This document shows positions 17,878 through 27,843 of a DNA stretch of 64,000 bases, in pieces. The stretch spans positions 86,739 to 150,738 of the forward strand of contig CBDAQV010000001.1 in the NCBI GenBank assembly GCA_965199265.1, given 5' to 3'. Below the pieces are notes generated by a model that saw only the letters and a program-made list of their open reading frames with translations, was not told the DNA's origin and ran no database searches. The stretch comes from Alphaproteobacteria bacterium (lineage in GTDB: Bacteria > Pseudomonadota > Alphaproteobacteria > CALMVH01). Every line of letters begins with the position of its first letter. Position 1 is the first letter of the stretch. A program made the position numbers and the translations under genes.

Positions 17878-18777
17878 TCAGAAGGTATACTTACGATTAC
17901 AGAACTCGCACGTCACAATCAACTCGCCGTCTACTTTCAGTTCTTCCAGCTCGTCACTAGGCAAAGCGGCGAGAACGGTCCTGACCCGATCTTCCGAACA
18001 ACGGCAGGCCTCGGCAACGCCGTGCGGCGGGAACACCCTGACTTCCTCCTCATGAAACAGGCGGAACAGCAGGGTATGAGGGTCGGGATCGCCCCCCTCG
18101 CGCCCCAGCGCCTCCTCGCGCGTGCATGTGCCGAGCAACAGTTCGCCGCGGCGCCAGTCATCTTCCGCCGCGCTGCCCATGACCCGGCTTCGCTCTTCTT
18201 CCGGCAAACGCTGTATGATGACCGCCGCGCCGCGCCAGCGGCCCTCGGCAAGCGAGGTGGCGAGGTACATGGCGGTTTCGAGCTGCTCGGATTGACGGAA
18301 GTAATGCGCCAGCGCTTCCGTTATCGTTTCGCCTTCCAGGGCCACGATGCCTTGGTAACGCTCGGTCTCAACCCCTTGGTCGACCGTGAAGGCGAGGTAT
18401 CCCGCGCCTACCAGCTCCGGAAGCGAGGCGACCGGTCCGCGATCCTCCGGAAGGAAATCGGCGTCGAACTGGGCATAGCCGCGCACGTCACCGGCGCTGG
18501 TCACGTCGGCGACGATCAAGCCCACGGGGCCGTCTCCTTTCGCCTGCAAGGTGAACACGCCTTCGTACTTCAGCAGGCTTGCCAGCACTACCGCAGCGGT
18601 TACCGTCTCGGCCAGCAGCTGGGCCACGGCGAACGGATATCCGTGACGCCGGATGATGGCGTCGAGCACCGGGCCGAGCCGCACCAGCCGGCCACGCAGG
18701 TCGGGAAGCTCAAGATGGAACGGCAGCACGATATCGGCTGCGGCTTGCGCATGGATGTTCAGTTCGGGACCAATCAT
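17878..18777 (-). CDS. hslO: Hsp33-family redox-regulated chaperone
   Basis: The C-terminal zinc centre is present: CRCSEDRV...CEFCNRKYTF (CxC...CxxC). The body matches Hsp33. The start is at MIGPELNIH (18777). Confidence 0.85.
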   Translation of the reverse strand: MIGPELNIHAQAAADIVLPFHLELPDLRGRLVRLGPVLDAIIRRHGYPFAVAQLLAETVTAAVVLASLLKYEGVFTLQAKGDGPVGLIVADVTSAGDVRGYAQFDADFLPEDRGPVASLPELVGAGYLAFTVDQGVETERYQGIVALEGETITEALAHYFRQSEQLETAMYLATSLAEGRWRGAAVIIQRLPEEERSRVMGSAAEDDWRRGELLLGTCTREEALGREGGDPDPHTLLFRLFHEEEVRVFPPHGVAEACRCSEDRVRTVLAALPSDELEELKVDGELIVTCEFCNRKYTF

Positions 18778-18820
18778 GGGTACTATACTACGGGCCTCCA
18801 CAGCCCATGGACAACCTTGA

Positions 18821-19360
18821 ATGAACAACCAGGCCCGGATACGCAAAGCCAGACCGCTGACACCCGAGCGGCTGGAAAACGCGGCGGTGTTCTACCTCGG
18901 CCGTTTCAGCAGCACGTCGGAAAATCTCCGGCGCGTGCTGGAGCGCCGGATCGCTCGCGCCCAGGACCTCGAGGCGGAGGAAAAGGCGAGGCTGGCTGCC
19001 TTCGTCGAAGCAATGATCGAGCGCTTCCAAGGCCTTGGCTACCTTGATGATGCGGCCTATGTGCAGGGGCAGGTCGCGGCGCTGCGGCGCCAAGGCGCGT
19101 CGACCCGCGGCATCGCGCAGAAGCTGCGGGCAAAAGGCGCGGGCCGCGAGGAGATCGGCGCAGGGCTGGAAGGCAGCGACGGCTCGGATGGCGAGGCGGC
19201 ATGGATCTTCGCGCGCCGCCGCCGCCTCGGCCCCTACCGCGAGGCGGGCAAGCGCGTCGAGTTTCGGCAAAAGGACATGGCAGCGCTGGGCCGCGCCGGG
19301 TTCGACTACGGCACGGCCCGCGCGGTGGTCGACGCGCCCGACACCGAGGCGGAACGATAG
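18821..19360 (+). CDS. recX: RecX regulatory protein
   Basis: LTPERLENAAVFYLGRFSSTSENLRRVLERRI...GYLDDAAYVQGQVAALRRQGASTRGIAQKLRAKG has RecX-type three-helix repeats. Confidence 0.8.
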   Translation: MNNQARIRKARPLTPERLENAAVFYLGRFSSTSENLRRVLERRIARAQDLEAEEKARLAAFVEAMIERFQGLGYLDDAAYVQGQVAALRRQGASTRGIAQKLRAKGAGREEIGAGLEGSDGSDGEAAWIFARRRRLGPYREAGKRVEFRQKDMAALGRAGFDYGTARAVVDAPDTEAER

Positions 19361-20364
19361 AGCTCCAGCCACGCCTCGACGATGCGCGGCTTGGTGAAGA
19401 TATCTTGGTAGGTTTGCGTTCCGCCTGCGCTCAGGGTCTGCGCCAGGCGCTTGTCGGCCAGCACGCGGCGCAGGGCCAGGGCGAGGGCAGGAGGATCGTC
19501 CACCGGCACCAGCAGGCCGTTGCTCTCGCTTTCGACATAGGCGGCGGGCCCGGCGGCGGCGGCGGCCACCAGCGGGGTGCCGATCTGCCAGGCTTCGACC
19601 ATGATGGTGCCGAACGGCTCGTAGCGCGACGGCACCGCCAGGACATCCGCGGCACGTAGCAGGGCGCCGCGGTCCTCGCGCCAGCCCAGGAAGCGCACGC
19701 GCGGCGCGACGCCCAGCGTGCCAGCCAGGGCTTCGAGCCCTTGCCGCAACGGCCCGTCGCCGGCAATCCACAGAAAACAATCCGGCAGTTCGGCCAAGGC
19801 TTTCAGCAGGATATCGACGCCTTTCTTCTCGTGCAGCCGGCCAAGGAACAGGATCAACGGCGCATCCTCGGGCGTATCCAGCGGCGCCCGAGGGGTCGCG
19901 GGAAGTTCGTCTAGGTCGGCGAAGGTATGGATCGTGTGTACCTGCACCGCCGGCGCGCCTTTTTCGGCCAGATAGCGAGCAATGTCGTAGGTGCAGCCGA
20001 TGAAATAGTCCGCTTGCCTGAAGCGCTTCAGATTATAGTAACCGCCGAACCAGCCGATGTTCACCGCCCCCGAGCGGGGCAGGAAGCGCGCGGCGCGCCC
20101 CATCCACGCCTGGACGATGCTCGGCCGCCAGTCAGCCACGACGCGGTCGACGAGGGCGCGCGAGGCGAAATCGAACCAGCCTCCGAAAGGAGCAAGGCTG
20201 ACTGTCACGCCCGCCCGGCGCAGCGTATCGACGCGCGGGTGGCTGCGGGTGACGACGTGCTGGTCCAATCCGGCCTGCGCCAACGCCAGCACAGTCTCCG
20301 TGAAATAAGTTTCCGCGCCGCCTGCCTCGCCCCCGGCCATAAGGTGGAGGGCTCTCAGGCTCAT
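19306..20364 (-). CDS. Glycosyltransferase (GT-B, family 4-like)
   Basis: LHLMAGGEAGGAETYF at the N-terminus and RLHEKKGVDILLKA...VPSRYEPFGTIMVEAWQIGTPLVA (E-x7-E type motif). The 3' end overlaps the convergent recX by 55 nt. Confidence 0.8.
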   Translation of the reverse strand: MSLRALHLMAGGEAGGAETYFTETVLALAQAGLDQHVVTRSHPRVDTLRRAGVTVSLAPFGGWFDFASRALVDRVVADWRPSIVQAWMGRAARFLPRSGAVNIGWFGGYYNLKRFRQADYFIGCTYDIARYLAEKGAPAVQVHTIHTFADLDELPATPRAPLDTPEDAPLILFLGRLHEKKGVDILLKALAELPDCFLWIAGDGPLRQGLEALAGTLGVAPRVRFLGWREDRGALLRAADVLAVPSRYEPFGTIMVEAWQIGTPLVAAAAAGPAAYVESESNGLLVPVDDPPALALALRRVLADKRLAQTLSAGGTQTYQDIFTKPRIVEAWLELYRSASVSGASTTARAVP

Positions 20365-21071
20365 GAGATCGTCAAGGCGCGGCAGGGCAGGATGGCGGAG
20401 GCCAGCGAGAACAGGGCGCGGGGATCGGCACAGGGCACGACCGTCAGGCCCAGCGTCCGGGCGGCTTCTTCGTCGGCGCTACCCGACGGACTCGCGCAAT
20501 GCGAAATCGCTTCCGGGCTCAGGGCGTGAAGGATTGCCGCCGCCGCCAACGCGTTCGCTCCGTCGAGGATCACCGGCACTCCGGCCATGCGCGCTGCGAT
20601 CAGCGCTCCGAACAGGGCGCAGACATCTCGCCCCCCTTCGGCCGCAAGGACAGCAAGCGGATCCGGCGCGGCAGCCCGAAGAGCATTGCGAAAACTGTCC
20701 AGCGGTTGCGGCGTGTCGCAAAGCGCAGCAAGGCCGAACAGGTCCGGCCCTGGCTCGATCGCCGTCATGCCGTAAGCGGCAATTTTCGCGGCCTCTGCGG
20801 GCGGCAGCGGGGTTGCCGGATGCTCTATGGCCAGCTCGTAGAGACGCAGATCGGCGTCGGCGCGGGCGATTGCGGCGGTCAGCTCTGCATCGGCCCACAG
20901 CGACGCGACCCGCTCGCGAACCGGACCCGGATCCTCGCCCGCCCGCGTCGCCGCGAACAGGCTGACGCGCGGATGGACGATGCCGCCGGCGGTGAAGGCG
21001 ACCTTGGGCAGGCGTTGCGCCAGCTCGCGGAACTGGTCGAGATCGGGGAATGGGTCGGGGCGGTCTTCCAT
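20361..21071 (-). CDS. Short CobT/DMB-phosphoribosyltransferase-like protein
   Basis: Only the C-terminal 237 codons of track ORF 20361..22067 look coding: MEDRPDPFPDLDQFRELAQ...GGRDVCALFGALIAARMAGVPVILDGANALAAAAIL. There is an ATGA overlap with the downstream glycosyltransferase start. Confidence 0.55.
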   Translation of the reverse strand: MEDRPDPFPDLDQFRELAQRLPKVAFTAGGIVHPRVSLFAATRAGEDPGPVRERVASLWADAELTAAIARADADLRLYELAIEHPATPLPPAEAAKIAAYGMTAIEPGPDLFGLAALCDTPQPLDSFRNALRAAAPDPLAVLAAEGGRDVCALFGALIAARMAGVPVILDGANALAAAAILHALSPEAISHCASPSGSADEEAARTLGLTVVPCADPRALFSLASAILPCRALTIS

Positions 21072-21137
21072 GGCCGCACACCCTACGCGAAACGCGATCG
21101 CGCTTGCAACGCGCCCCGGAGCGGGGCAAGAGGGGAT

Positions 21138-22046
21138 ATGACCGACTGCATCCCGCTCCGTCCCGCCTTGACCGCGCTTGCCCTGGCCTTTGCCCTTGCA
21201 ACTCCCGCCGAGGCTCAGAACGGTCAGATCGTTGCGGAGCCGCTTTCCTCCGCACCGCCTTCGGGACCGGCGCAGTACGCAGCGCCGTACACCGGCCAGC
21301 CCGTCACGCAGCCGCCGCAGCCATTGTACCGGCCGGCCTCTGCCCCGCCCGCGCCGCCGCAGGCCTACCCACAAAACCGCCAGGAGCGCACGCAGCCTTC
21401 CCAGCAGATGCAGTACGCGACGCCCCCCTCCGCCTACCAGCCAGGGGCGACCACGGAGGAGCAGGACCTGTTGAACCGCGCCGACGTGACGGTGAAGTTC
21501 ATGCGCGGCAACAAGGATTACAACGAGTTGGACAAGCTGTTGCCGCGCGCACGCGCGGTGTTCGTAGTCCCGCAGCTGATCAAGGCGGCATTTTTCTTCG
21601 GCGGCGAGGGCGGTAATGGCGTGATGCTGGCGAAACTGCCGGATGGCACCTGGAGCGCGCCGTCCTTCGCGGTGATCGGCAGCGCCAGCTTCGGCCTGCA
21701 GGCGGGGGCGGAATCGTCCGAGATCGTGTTCGTCGTCATGACGGACAAGGGCCTGAACGCGATCCTCGACCGCGACGTGAAGCTGGGCGCGGGCGTCAGC
21801 GTCGCGCTGATCACGCTGGGCAAGGGGATCGGCGCCGGAACGGGGATCGACACCGATGCCGACATCTACGCGGTGGCCAAGCCGGAAGGGCTTTTCGGCG
21901 GGCTGTCGCTCGACGGGTCGATCATCAACCCGCTCGACGGCGACAACCAGGCGTATTACGGGCAGAAGATCGAGGCGCGCGACATCCTGAACGGCCGCGT
22001 CCCGCCCCCGCCTGGCGCGCAGGCGCTGATCGAGGATTTGAGGTAG
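21138..22046 (+). CDS. SYLF (DUF500/Ysc84-like) lipid-binding domain protein with signal peptide and P/Q-rich linker
   Basis: MTDCIPLRPALTALALAFALATPAEA is signal-peptide-like. The domain reads AVFVVPQLIKAAFFFGGEGGNGVMLAKLPDGTWSAPSFAVIGSASFGLQAGAESSEIVFVVMTDKG. Confidence 0.75.
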   Translation: MTDCIPLRPALTALALAFALATPAEAQNGQIVAEPLSSAPPSGPAQYAAPYTGQPVTQPPQPLYRPASAPPAPPQAYPQNRQERTQPSQQMQYATPPSAYQPGATTEEQDLLNRADVTVKFMRGNKDYNELDKLLPRARAVFVVPQLIKAAFFFGGEGGNGVMLAKLPDGTWSAPSFAVIGSASFGLQAGAESSEIVFVVMTDKGLNAILDRDVKLGAGVSVALITLGKGIGAGTGIDTDADIYAVAKPEGLFGGLSLDGSIINPLDGDNQAYYGQKIEARDILNGRVPPPPGAQALIEDLR

Positions 22047-22138
22047 GGGCTTGCGTTCTGCGCCCATGGAAACCGGTGTCGCGGGAAGTATATTGTTTGT
22101 GACAATGAGCGTCAGAGCCAGATGAGGACCAGCGTGCG

Positions 22139-23752
22139 ATGACTGCGACCGGATTGACGACGGGCGACCCCCATGGCGCCTGTCACGCGCTCGAGGCTCG
22201 CAGGCCTGGTCACTTCACGCGCTGGCTCTTCGCGACCGATCACAAGGATATCGGTACGCTGTACATAATCTTTGCCGTCACGGCGGGGATGGTCGGCGGC
22301 GGCCTGTCGATCCTGATGCAGGCCAGCCTGTTCGGGCCGGGATCGCCCCTGGTCAGGGACGGTCAGCAATGGAGTGTCCTGGTCACCGCGCACGGGCTGA
22401 TCATGGTTTTCTTCACCATCATGCCGGCACTGATCGGCGGTTTCGGAAACTGGTTCGTGCCGCTGATGATCGGCGCGCCCGACATGGCGTTTCCGCGCCT
22501 CAACAGGTCCGGTTTCTGGCTGACGGTTTCGGGGTTCGCGCTGCTGGTCGCCTCCACCCTGCCGGGAGCAGGCGAGGGAGCCGCAGGGAAGCCGTACCCT
22601 CTTTCCGTCGATCTCGCCATCGTCTCGTTGCACCTTGCCGGCGCGGGATCGATCCTCGGCGCGCTTAATTTCATAATCACCATTTTCAACATGCGCGCGC
22701 CCGGCATGACGCTGATGCGCATGCCGCTGTTCGTCTGGTCGATGCTGGTTACCGCTTTCCTGCTGTTGCTATCGTTGCCCATCCTGGCGGGCGGGATCAC
22801 CATCCTGACGGTCGACCGCAGTTTCGGCGGGGCGTTCTTCAATCCGGAGGGCGTCGGCGATCCATTGCTGTTCCAGCACCTGTTCTGGTTTTTCGGACAT
22901 CCCGAAGTCTACATCATGATCCTGCCGGGTTTCGGGCTTGTCAGCCATGTGATATCGACCTTCAGTCACAAGCCGATCTTTGCTTATAAAGGCATGGTAT
23001 CCGCGCAGATCGGGATCGGCGCGCTGGGCTTCCTGGTCTGGGGATATCACATGTTCACGACCGGCATTTCGCTGAACGCGAAAGCGTACTTCACCGTCGC
23101 CGCTGCGCTGATAGCGATTTCGACCGGCCTCAAGATGTCCTTCTGGATCGCGACGATGTGGGATGGATCGGTCCAGTTCAAAACGCCGATGCTGTTCGCG
23201 TTCGGCTTTATCTTCCTGTTCACGGTAGGGGGCGTGACCGATATCGTGCTGGCAAGCTCGGGTCTCGACCGGGTTCTGCACGACACCTATTACGTGGTCG
23301 CGCACTTCCATTACGTACTGTCGCTCGGCGCGCTGTCGGCAGTATTCGCCGGATTCTATTTCTGGATCGGCAAGATGAGCGGCCGGCAGTACCCGGAGTG
23401 GGCGGGCAGGGTGCATTTCTGGCTGTTCTTCATCGGGGCCAACATCGCCTTCTTTCCTGTGCGCTTCCTCGGCGTGGCGGGCACGTCGCGCGGCATTCCC
23501 GGTAACTCGGATGCGTACGAGATGTATAACAGGATCGCCTCGTGCGGTGCGTTTGCCGGCGGCGCGGCAGCGTTGTGGTTCGTCGGCGTCGCGCTCTATA
23601 CCATAAGGTACGGCAGGAAGGTCGGCAACGATTACTGGAACACCGATGGGGTGACGCTGGAGTGGACGCTGCCTTCGCCGCCACTCCACAAGCGCGAACA
23701 TTCGCTGGCGATCTGCGCCGCCACTCAGGCCGACTCGTCGATCCGGTGCTAG
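22139..23752 (+). CDS. ctaD: Divergent haem-copper oxidase subunit I (CtaD-like)
   Basis: [60 protein letters not shown] and [16 protein letters not shown] are all present. However, WAHHMF reads WGYHMF, GAGTGWTVYPPL reads [13 protein letters not shown], and FPQHFLG..GMPRRY reads FPVRFLG..GTSRGI. Confidence 0.8.
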   Translation: MTATGLTTGDPHGACHALEARRPGHFTRWLFATDHKDIGTLYIIFAVTAGMVGGGLSILMQASLFGPGSPLVRDGQQWSVLVTAHGLIMVFFTIMPALIGGFGNWFVPLMIGAPDMAFPRLNRSGFWLTVSGFALLVASTLPGAGEGAAGKPYPLSVDLAIVSLHLAGAGSILGALNFIITIFNMRAPGMTLMRMPLFVWSMLVTAFLLLLSLPILAGGITILTVDRSFGGAFFNPEGVGDPLLFQHLFWFFGHPEVYIMILPGFGLVSHVISTFSHKPIFAYKGMVSAQIGIGALGFLVWGYHMFTTGISLNAKAYFTVAAALIAISTGLKMSFWIATMWDGSVQFKTPMLFAFGFIFLFTVGGVTDIVLASSGLDRVLHDTYYVVAHFHYVLSLGALSAVFAGFYFWIGKMSGRQYPEWAGRVHFWLFFIGANIAFFPVRFLGVAGTSRGIPGNSDAYEMYNRIASCGAFAGGAAALWFVGVALYTIRYGRKVGNDYWNTDGVTLEWTLPSPPLHKREHSLAICAATQADSSIRC

Positions 23753-23756
23753 AGGA

Positions 23757-24698
23757 ATGCCGCTGACCGCCCCGACTCCCACAGCCACGGCACCCTCTCC
23801 GGCACAGGAAGCCAAGCTGGCCGCGCGGGACTTCGTTGCGCTGCTCAAGCCGCGCGTGATGTTCCTTGTGGTGTTCACCGGGATCGCCGGCATGGTGGCC
23901 GCGCCTGGGCACATCAATCCGGCTATCGGGGTAATCGCTGCGGCCTGCATAGCGCTCGCCTCGGGCGCCGCGGGGGCGATCAACATGTGGTTCGACCGCG
24001 ACATCGACGCAGTCATGCTGCGAACGGCGGGCCGCCCAATCCCCAGCGGCCGTGTTGGCGCGGAGTCGGCGCTGGCTTTCGGCATCGTCGTCACTTTTGC
24101 CTCCGTCAGCCTGATGGGCATGGCGGTGAACTGGGTTGCCGGCGGCCTGCTGGCGGGGGCATCGGCTTTCTACATCTTTGTTTACACGGTCTGGCTGAAG
24201 CGGCGCACGCCGCAGAACATCGTGATCGGCGGAGCGGCGGGCGCGTTTCCGCCCGTGATCGGCTGGGCCGCGGTGACCGGCCATGCCGACTGGCAGCCTT
24301 GGTTGCTGTTCCTGATCACCTTCCTGTGGACACCCCCGCATTTCTGGGCGCTTGCCCTTTACAAAAGCGACGACTACCGCCGCGCGAACGTGCCGATGCT
24401 GCCGGTGGTCGCGGGCGAGCGGCGGACGAAGCGCGAAATGCTCGCCTACGCGTTGCTGCTGGCCCCTGCGGCGCTTTCCCCTTACTTCGCCGGCTTCGCC
24501 GGTCCCGTGTACCTCGGCGTTGTTGCGGTGCTGAGCCTCGTCTTCCTTTTCATGGCAGTGCGCGTGCTGCGGACCGCTGACTCAGGAGCAGCCGACGCAA
24601 GCGAACGTTACAAGCCGGCAAAGCAAATGTTTGCCTTTTCGATCCTCTACCTGTTCCTGCTGTTCGCATGCCTGATCGCCGACCCGATCCGCAGCTAG
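23757..24698 (+). CDS. ctaB: Protohaem IX farnesyltransferase (haem O synthase)
   Basis: NMWFDRDIDAVMLRTAGRPIPSGRV and WTPPHFWALAL are UbiA-family CtaB/CyoE motifs. Confidence 0.9.
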   Translation: MPLTAPTPTATAPSPAQEAKLAARDFVALLKPRVMFLVVFTGIAGMVAAPGHINPAIGVIAAACIALASGAAGAINMWFDRDIDAVMLRTAGRPIPSGRVGAESALAFGIVVTFASVSLMGMAVNWVAGGLLAGASAFYIFVYTVWLKRRTPQNIVIGGAAGAFPPVIGWAAVTGHADWQPWLLFLITFLWTPPHFWALALYKSDDYRRANVPMLPVVAGERRTKREMLAYALLLAPAALSPYFAGFAGPVYLGVVAVLSLVFLFMAVRVLRTADSGAADASERYKPAKQMFAFSILYLFLLFACLIADPIRS

Positions 24699-24841
24699 AG
24701 CCTCGGACGGATCTCGCCGCGGATAACGCGCGCCGCCGCCTGCGTGGACGTAACCTGGCGCTGCTGATCGCGCTGCTGCTGTGGGCGCTGGTGATGTACA
24801 TCGCCGTCATGGTCAGGATACACAACGACATCAGGCCGTGA
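24668..24841 (+). CDS. Small (57 aa) single-pass membrane protein overlapping the ctaB 3' end
   Basis: Not in the track (below 60 aa). ATG 24668 gives MPDRRPDPQLEPRTDLAADNARRRLRGRNLALLIALLLWALVMYIAVMVRIHNDIRP. A small ORF occupies this position after ctaB in alphaproteobacterial cta clusters (from memory). Confidence 0.4.
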   Translation: MPDRRPDPQLEPRTDLAADNARRRLRGRNLALLIALLLWALVMYIAVMVRIHNDIRP

Positions 24842-24866
24842 CGCCCTGATCCGGAACCTGCGGCAG

Positions 24867-24887
24867 GCGCGAAATTCAGTTTCGCGC
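24867..24887 (+). terminator. 8-bp perfect hairpin GCGCGAAA-ttcag-TTTCGCGC after the ctaB/small ORF
   Basis: Read directly from the sequence. There is no U-tract, so terminator function is uncertain. Confidence 0.3.
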
Positions 24888-24974
24888 TCACACCGGTTCG
24901 CTCTGGCAGAGGTGTTCGCGAGCGGCTATCTCATCGGGTGCGGCAGCAGGCAGAGGCGCGCAAAGGGACGAGAG

Positions 24975-26453
24975 ATGAGCGCATACAAGTCACTGGAGGA
25001 TAAATTCGGGAGTATTTCGGACATCCAGGGCGCGATGGCGATGCTGGCGTGGGACGGCTACGTGATGATGCCGGAGGGTGCGGGCCCGATCAGGGCTCAG
25101 CAAATGGCAACCCTGACCGGCGTCGCGCATGACGCACTCACCCGCCCGGCCCTGGGCGAGCTGGTAGCCGAAGCGGCGAGGGAAGCGCTCGATCCGTGGC
25201 AGCACGCCAACCTGCGTCTGATGCGGCGCCGGCTTCGCGACGCGGCAACAATCCCCGGCGACCTTGCCGCCGCGCTGGCCAAAGCGTCGATGGAAACCGA
25301 GCTTGCGTGGCGCGATGCGCGGGCCGCAGATGATTACCCGGCCCTCCTCCAACATTTCGGCCCTCTGCTGCATCTGGTACGCGAAGCGGCGGCCCTGCGC
25401 GGTTCGGCCTTCGGCTTGTCGCCTTACGACGCTGCGCTCGACCTGCATCAGGAGGGCCTGCGCGAGGCGGATGTTCAAGCCGTGTTCGACGATCTTGCCG
25501 TTTTCTTGCCTGGCCTGCTGGACGAGGTTCTGACATATCAGGCGCGCTTGCCGGAACCCGGCGCGCTGCCCGCTTCCGTATCGGTCGAAATTCAGCGCCG
25601 GATGTGCGAGGCGCTGGTGCGGCAGGCCGGTTTCGATTTTGCCAACGGCCGCCTGGATGTCGCGGCTCATCCGTTCTGCGGCGGCGTGCCGGGGGACGTG
25701 CGGCTGACGACGCGCTATTCCGAAGCCGAGTTCCTGGAATCACTGACCGGCACGATCCACGAGACCGGCCATGCGCTGTACGAGATGGGCTTGCCGCCCA
25801 AGTGGCGGCGGCAGCCGGTCGGCCAGGCTTCGGGAGTGATGATCCATGAGTCGCAGTCGCTCATCATGGAGATGCAGGCCAGCCTTGGCCGCGAGTTCAC
25901 CGGTTACCTGGCAGGAGAGGTTAGGGCCGCGACGAACCAGCCTTGCGCTGGCGCCGACCTTTACCGCCAGCTGACGCATGTGGAACGCTCCCTGATCCGC
26001 GTCGCCGCCGATGAGGTGACCTACCCGCTGCACGTCATCGTGCGCACGCGGCTCGAGCGCGCGATGTTGGCGGGCGACCTCGATCCCGTCGATCTCCCTG
26101 GCGCATGGAACGACGGCATGCAGGACCTGCTGGGCGTCGCGCCGCCTTCCGATAGCCTCGGCTGCTTGCAGGACCCCCACTGGTACGCGGGGGAGATCGG
26201 TTATTTCCCGACCTACACGCTGGGCGCAATGGCCGCGGCGCAGCTGTTCCAATCGGCATGCGCCACGCATCCTCTGATCAGGGAGGAGCTGGCGCAGGGT
26301 TCGTTCATGGGCCTGCAGGGCTGGCTTAGGCAGAACATCCATGCGCGGGCCAGCAGCGTAGACGGGCCCGAGCTGATCCGGCAGGCGACCGGCAAGCCGC
26401 TCGACCCCGCTATCTACAAGGCGCACCTCAGGAAACGGTACCTCGATGAGTGA
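24975..26453 (+). CDS. M32 (Taq-type) metallocarboxypeptidase
   Basis: HETGHALYE provides HExxH. HESQS, IRVAADEVTYPLHVIVR and GYFPTYTLGA are also present. The start is at MSAYKSLEDKF (24975). Confidence 0.85.
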   Translation: MSAYKSLEDKFGSISDIQGAMAMLAWDGYVMMPEGAGPIRAQQMATLTGVAHDALTRPALGELVAEAAREALDPWQHANLRLMRRRLRDAATIPGDLAAALAKASMETELAWRDARAADDYPALLQHFGPLLHLVREAAALRGSAFGLSPYDAALDLHQEGLREADVQAVFDDLAVFLPGLLDEVLTYQARLPEPGALPASVSVEIQRRMCEALVRQAGFDFANGRLDVAAHPFCGGVPGDVRLTTRYSEAEFLESLTGTIHETGHALYEMGLPPKWRRQPVGQASGVMIHESQSLIMEMQASLGREFTGYLAGEVRAATNQPCAGADLYRQLTHVERSLIRVAADEVTYPLHVIVRTRLERAMLAGDLDPVDLPGAWNDGMQDLLGVAPPSDSLGCLQDPHWYAGEIGYFPTYTLGAMAAAQLFQSACATHPLIREELAQGSFMGLQGWLRQNIHARASSVDGPELIRQATGKPLDPAIYKAHLRKRYLDE

Positions 26454-27843
26454 GCCGGTTCGTTACGTCAGCACACGCGGCGCGGCAAGGACGATGGGCT
26501 TTGCCGAGGTCCTGCTCGCCGGCCTTGCCGAGGATGGCGGGTTGTATCTGCCCGACCGCTTCCCGGCGCTGGGGGTAAACCTTGCAGGCAAAAGCTACGC
26601 GGCGGTCGCAAAATCGGTGATGGCGGGCTTTGTCGGAAATGCGCTCGGCGCGGCGGAATTCGAGTCGTGCGTCGACGCCGCCTATGCCGGCTTCAGTCAT
26701 GCGGCCGTGGCGCCCTTGCGGCAGATCGACGAGCGCGTGTGGCTGCTGGAACTGTTCCATGGCCCGACGCTGGCGTTCAAGGATGTCGCCCTGCAGCTGC
26801 TGGGGCAACTATACCGGCAGGTGCTTGCACGGCAGGGCAGGCGGGTCACGATCGTCGGCGCGACCTCGGGCGACACTGGCTCCGCGGCGATCGAGGCGTT
26901 CCGCGGCAGCCCGCATGCCGATGTCTTCATCATGCTGCCCCTCGGGCGCGTGTCCGAGGTGCAGCGGCGGCAGATGACGACGGTGGACGAGCCGAACGTC
27001 CATGTGATCGGCATCGAGGGCAGCTTCGACGATTGCCAGGACCTGGTGAAAGCCCTGTTCGCCGACCAGCCGTTCCGCGACCGGGTGTCGCTGTCGGCGG
27101 TCAACTCCATCAACTGGGCGCGGATCATGGCGCAGACGGTTTATTACGTCACCGCCGCCCTCGCGCTCGGGGCCGGACAGGGCCGGCGCGTGGCGTTCAG
27201 CGTGCCAACCGGCAATTTCGGCAACGCCTATGCGGGACACGCGGCGCGCCGCATGGGCCTGCCGGTCGAGGCGATCGGCATCGCCAGCAACAGCAACGAC
27301 GTGCTGACCCGCGCGGTAGAGACCGGCTGGATCGAGCTCCGCGGCGTCGTGGAGACCCTCAGCCCCGCCATGGACATCCAGGTGTCCAGCAACTTCGAGC
27401 GTTACTTGTTCGAGCTATACGAGGGCCGCGGCGAAGAGCTGGGCCGCGACATGCGACGCCTGCGCCAGGACGGCTCGCTGCAGCTTTCCCCCGAGCGCTT
27501 CGCCACCCTGCGAGAACAATTCCACGCAGGGAGGGTGTCGGACATGGACACGCTGCGGACCCTTGGCGAGGTCCGCCACCAGACCGGCATGCTGATCGAC
27601 CCGCATACCGCCATCGCGGTGCACGCCGGGCGCAAAATGCACCTTGCGGACGATGTGGCCATCGTCGCCCTCGCTTCCGCGCATCCTGCGAAATTCCCCG
27701 AGGCGGTGCTGGAGGCGACAGGGATCAGGCCGGAGCTGCCGCCCAACCTCGTCGACCTGCTTCATCGCCGCGAACGGATCACCAACCTGCCCGCGGACAC
27801 GGCGCGCATTCAACAATTCATCACGGAACGGCTGACATCATGA
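26446..27843 (+). CDS. thrC: Threonine synthase
   Basis: YVSTRG...GGLYLP...ELFHGPTLAFKDVALQLLG...GATSGDTGSAA, which includes the PLP-lysine motif. Confidence 0.9.
   Translation: MSEPVRYVSTRGAARTMGFAEVLLAGLAEDGGLYLPDRFPALGVNLAGKSYAAVAKSVMAGFVGNALGAAEFESCVDAAYAGFSHAAVAPLRQIDERVWLLELFHGPTLAFKDVALQLLGQLYRQVLARQGRRVTIVGATSGDTGSAAIEAFRGSPHADVFIMLPLGRVSEVQRRQMTTVDEPNVHVIGIEGSFDDCQDLVKALFADQPFRDRVSLSAVNSINWARIMAQTVYYVTAALALGAGQGRRVAFSVPTGNFGNAYAGHAARRMGLPVEAIGIASNSNDVLTRAVETGWIELRGVVETLSPAMDIQVSSNFERYLFELYEGRGEELGRDMRRLRQDGSLQLSPERFATLREQFHAGRVSDMDTLRTLGEVRHQTGMLIDPHTAIAVHAGRKMHLADDVAIVALASAHPAKFPEAVLEATGIRPELPPNLVDLLHRRERITNLPADTARIQQFITERLTS

Noticed and set aside
20361-22067. The 568-aa minus ORF and the 515-aa plus ORF (20499..22046) as single large genes
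   Set aside because: Only the C-terminal 237 codons (CobT-like) of the minus ORF look like protein, and only the C-terminal 302 codons (SYLF) of the plus ORF do. The rest is mutual antisense overlap with arginine-rich translation.
26667-27839. 812-aa fusion ORF 26667..29105
   Set aside because: The first 391 codons are an alternative frame of thrC. The M16 peptidase homology begins at the ATG at 27840, which overlaps the thrC stop.
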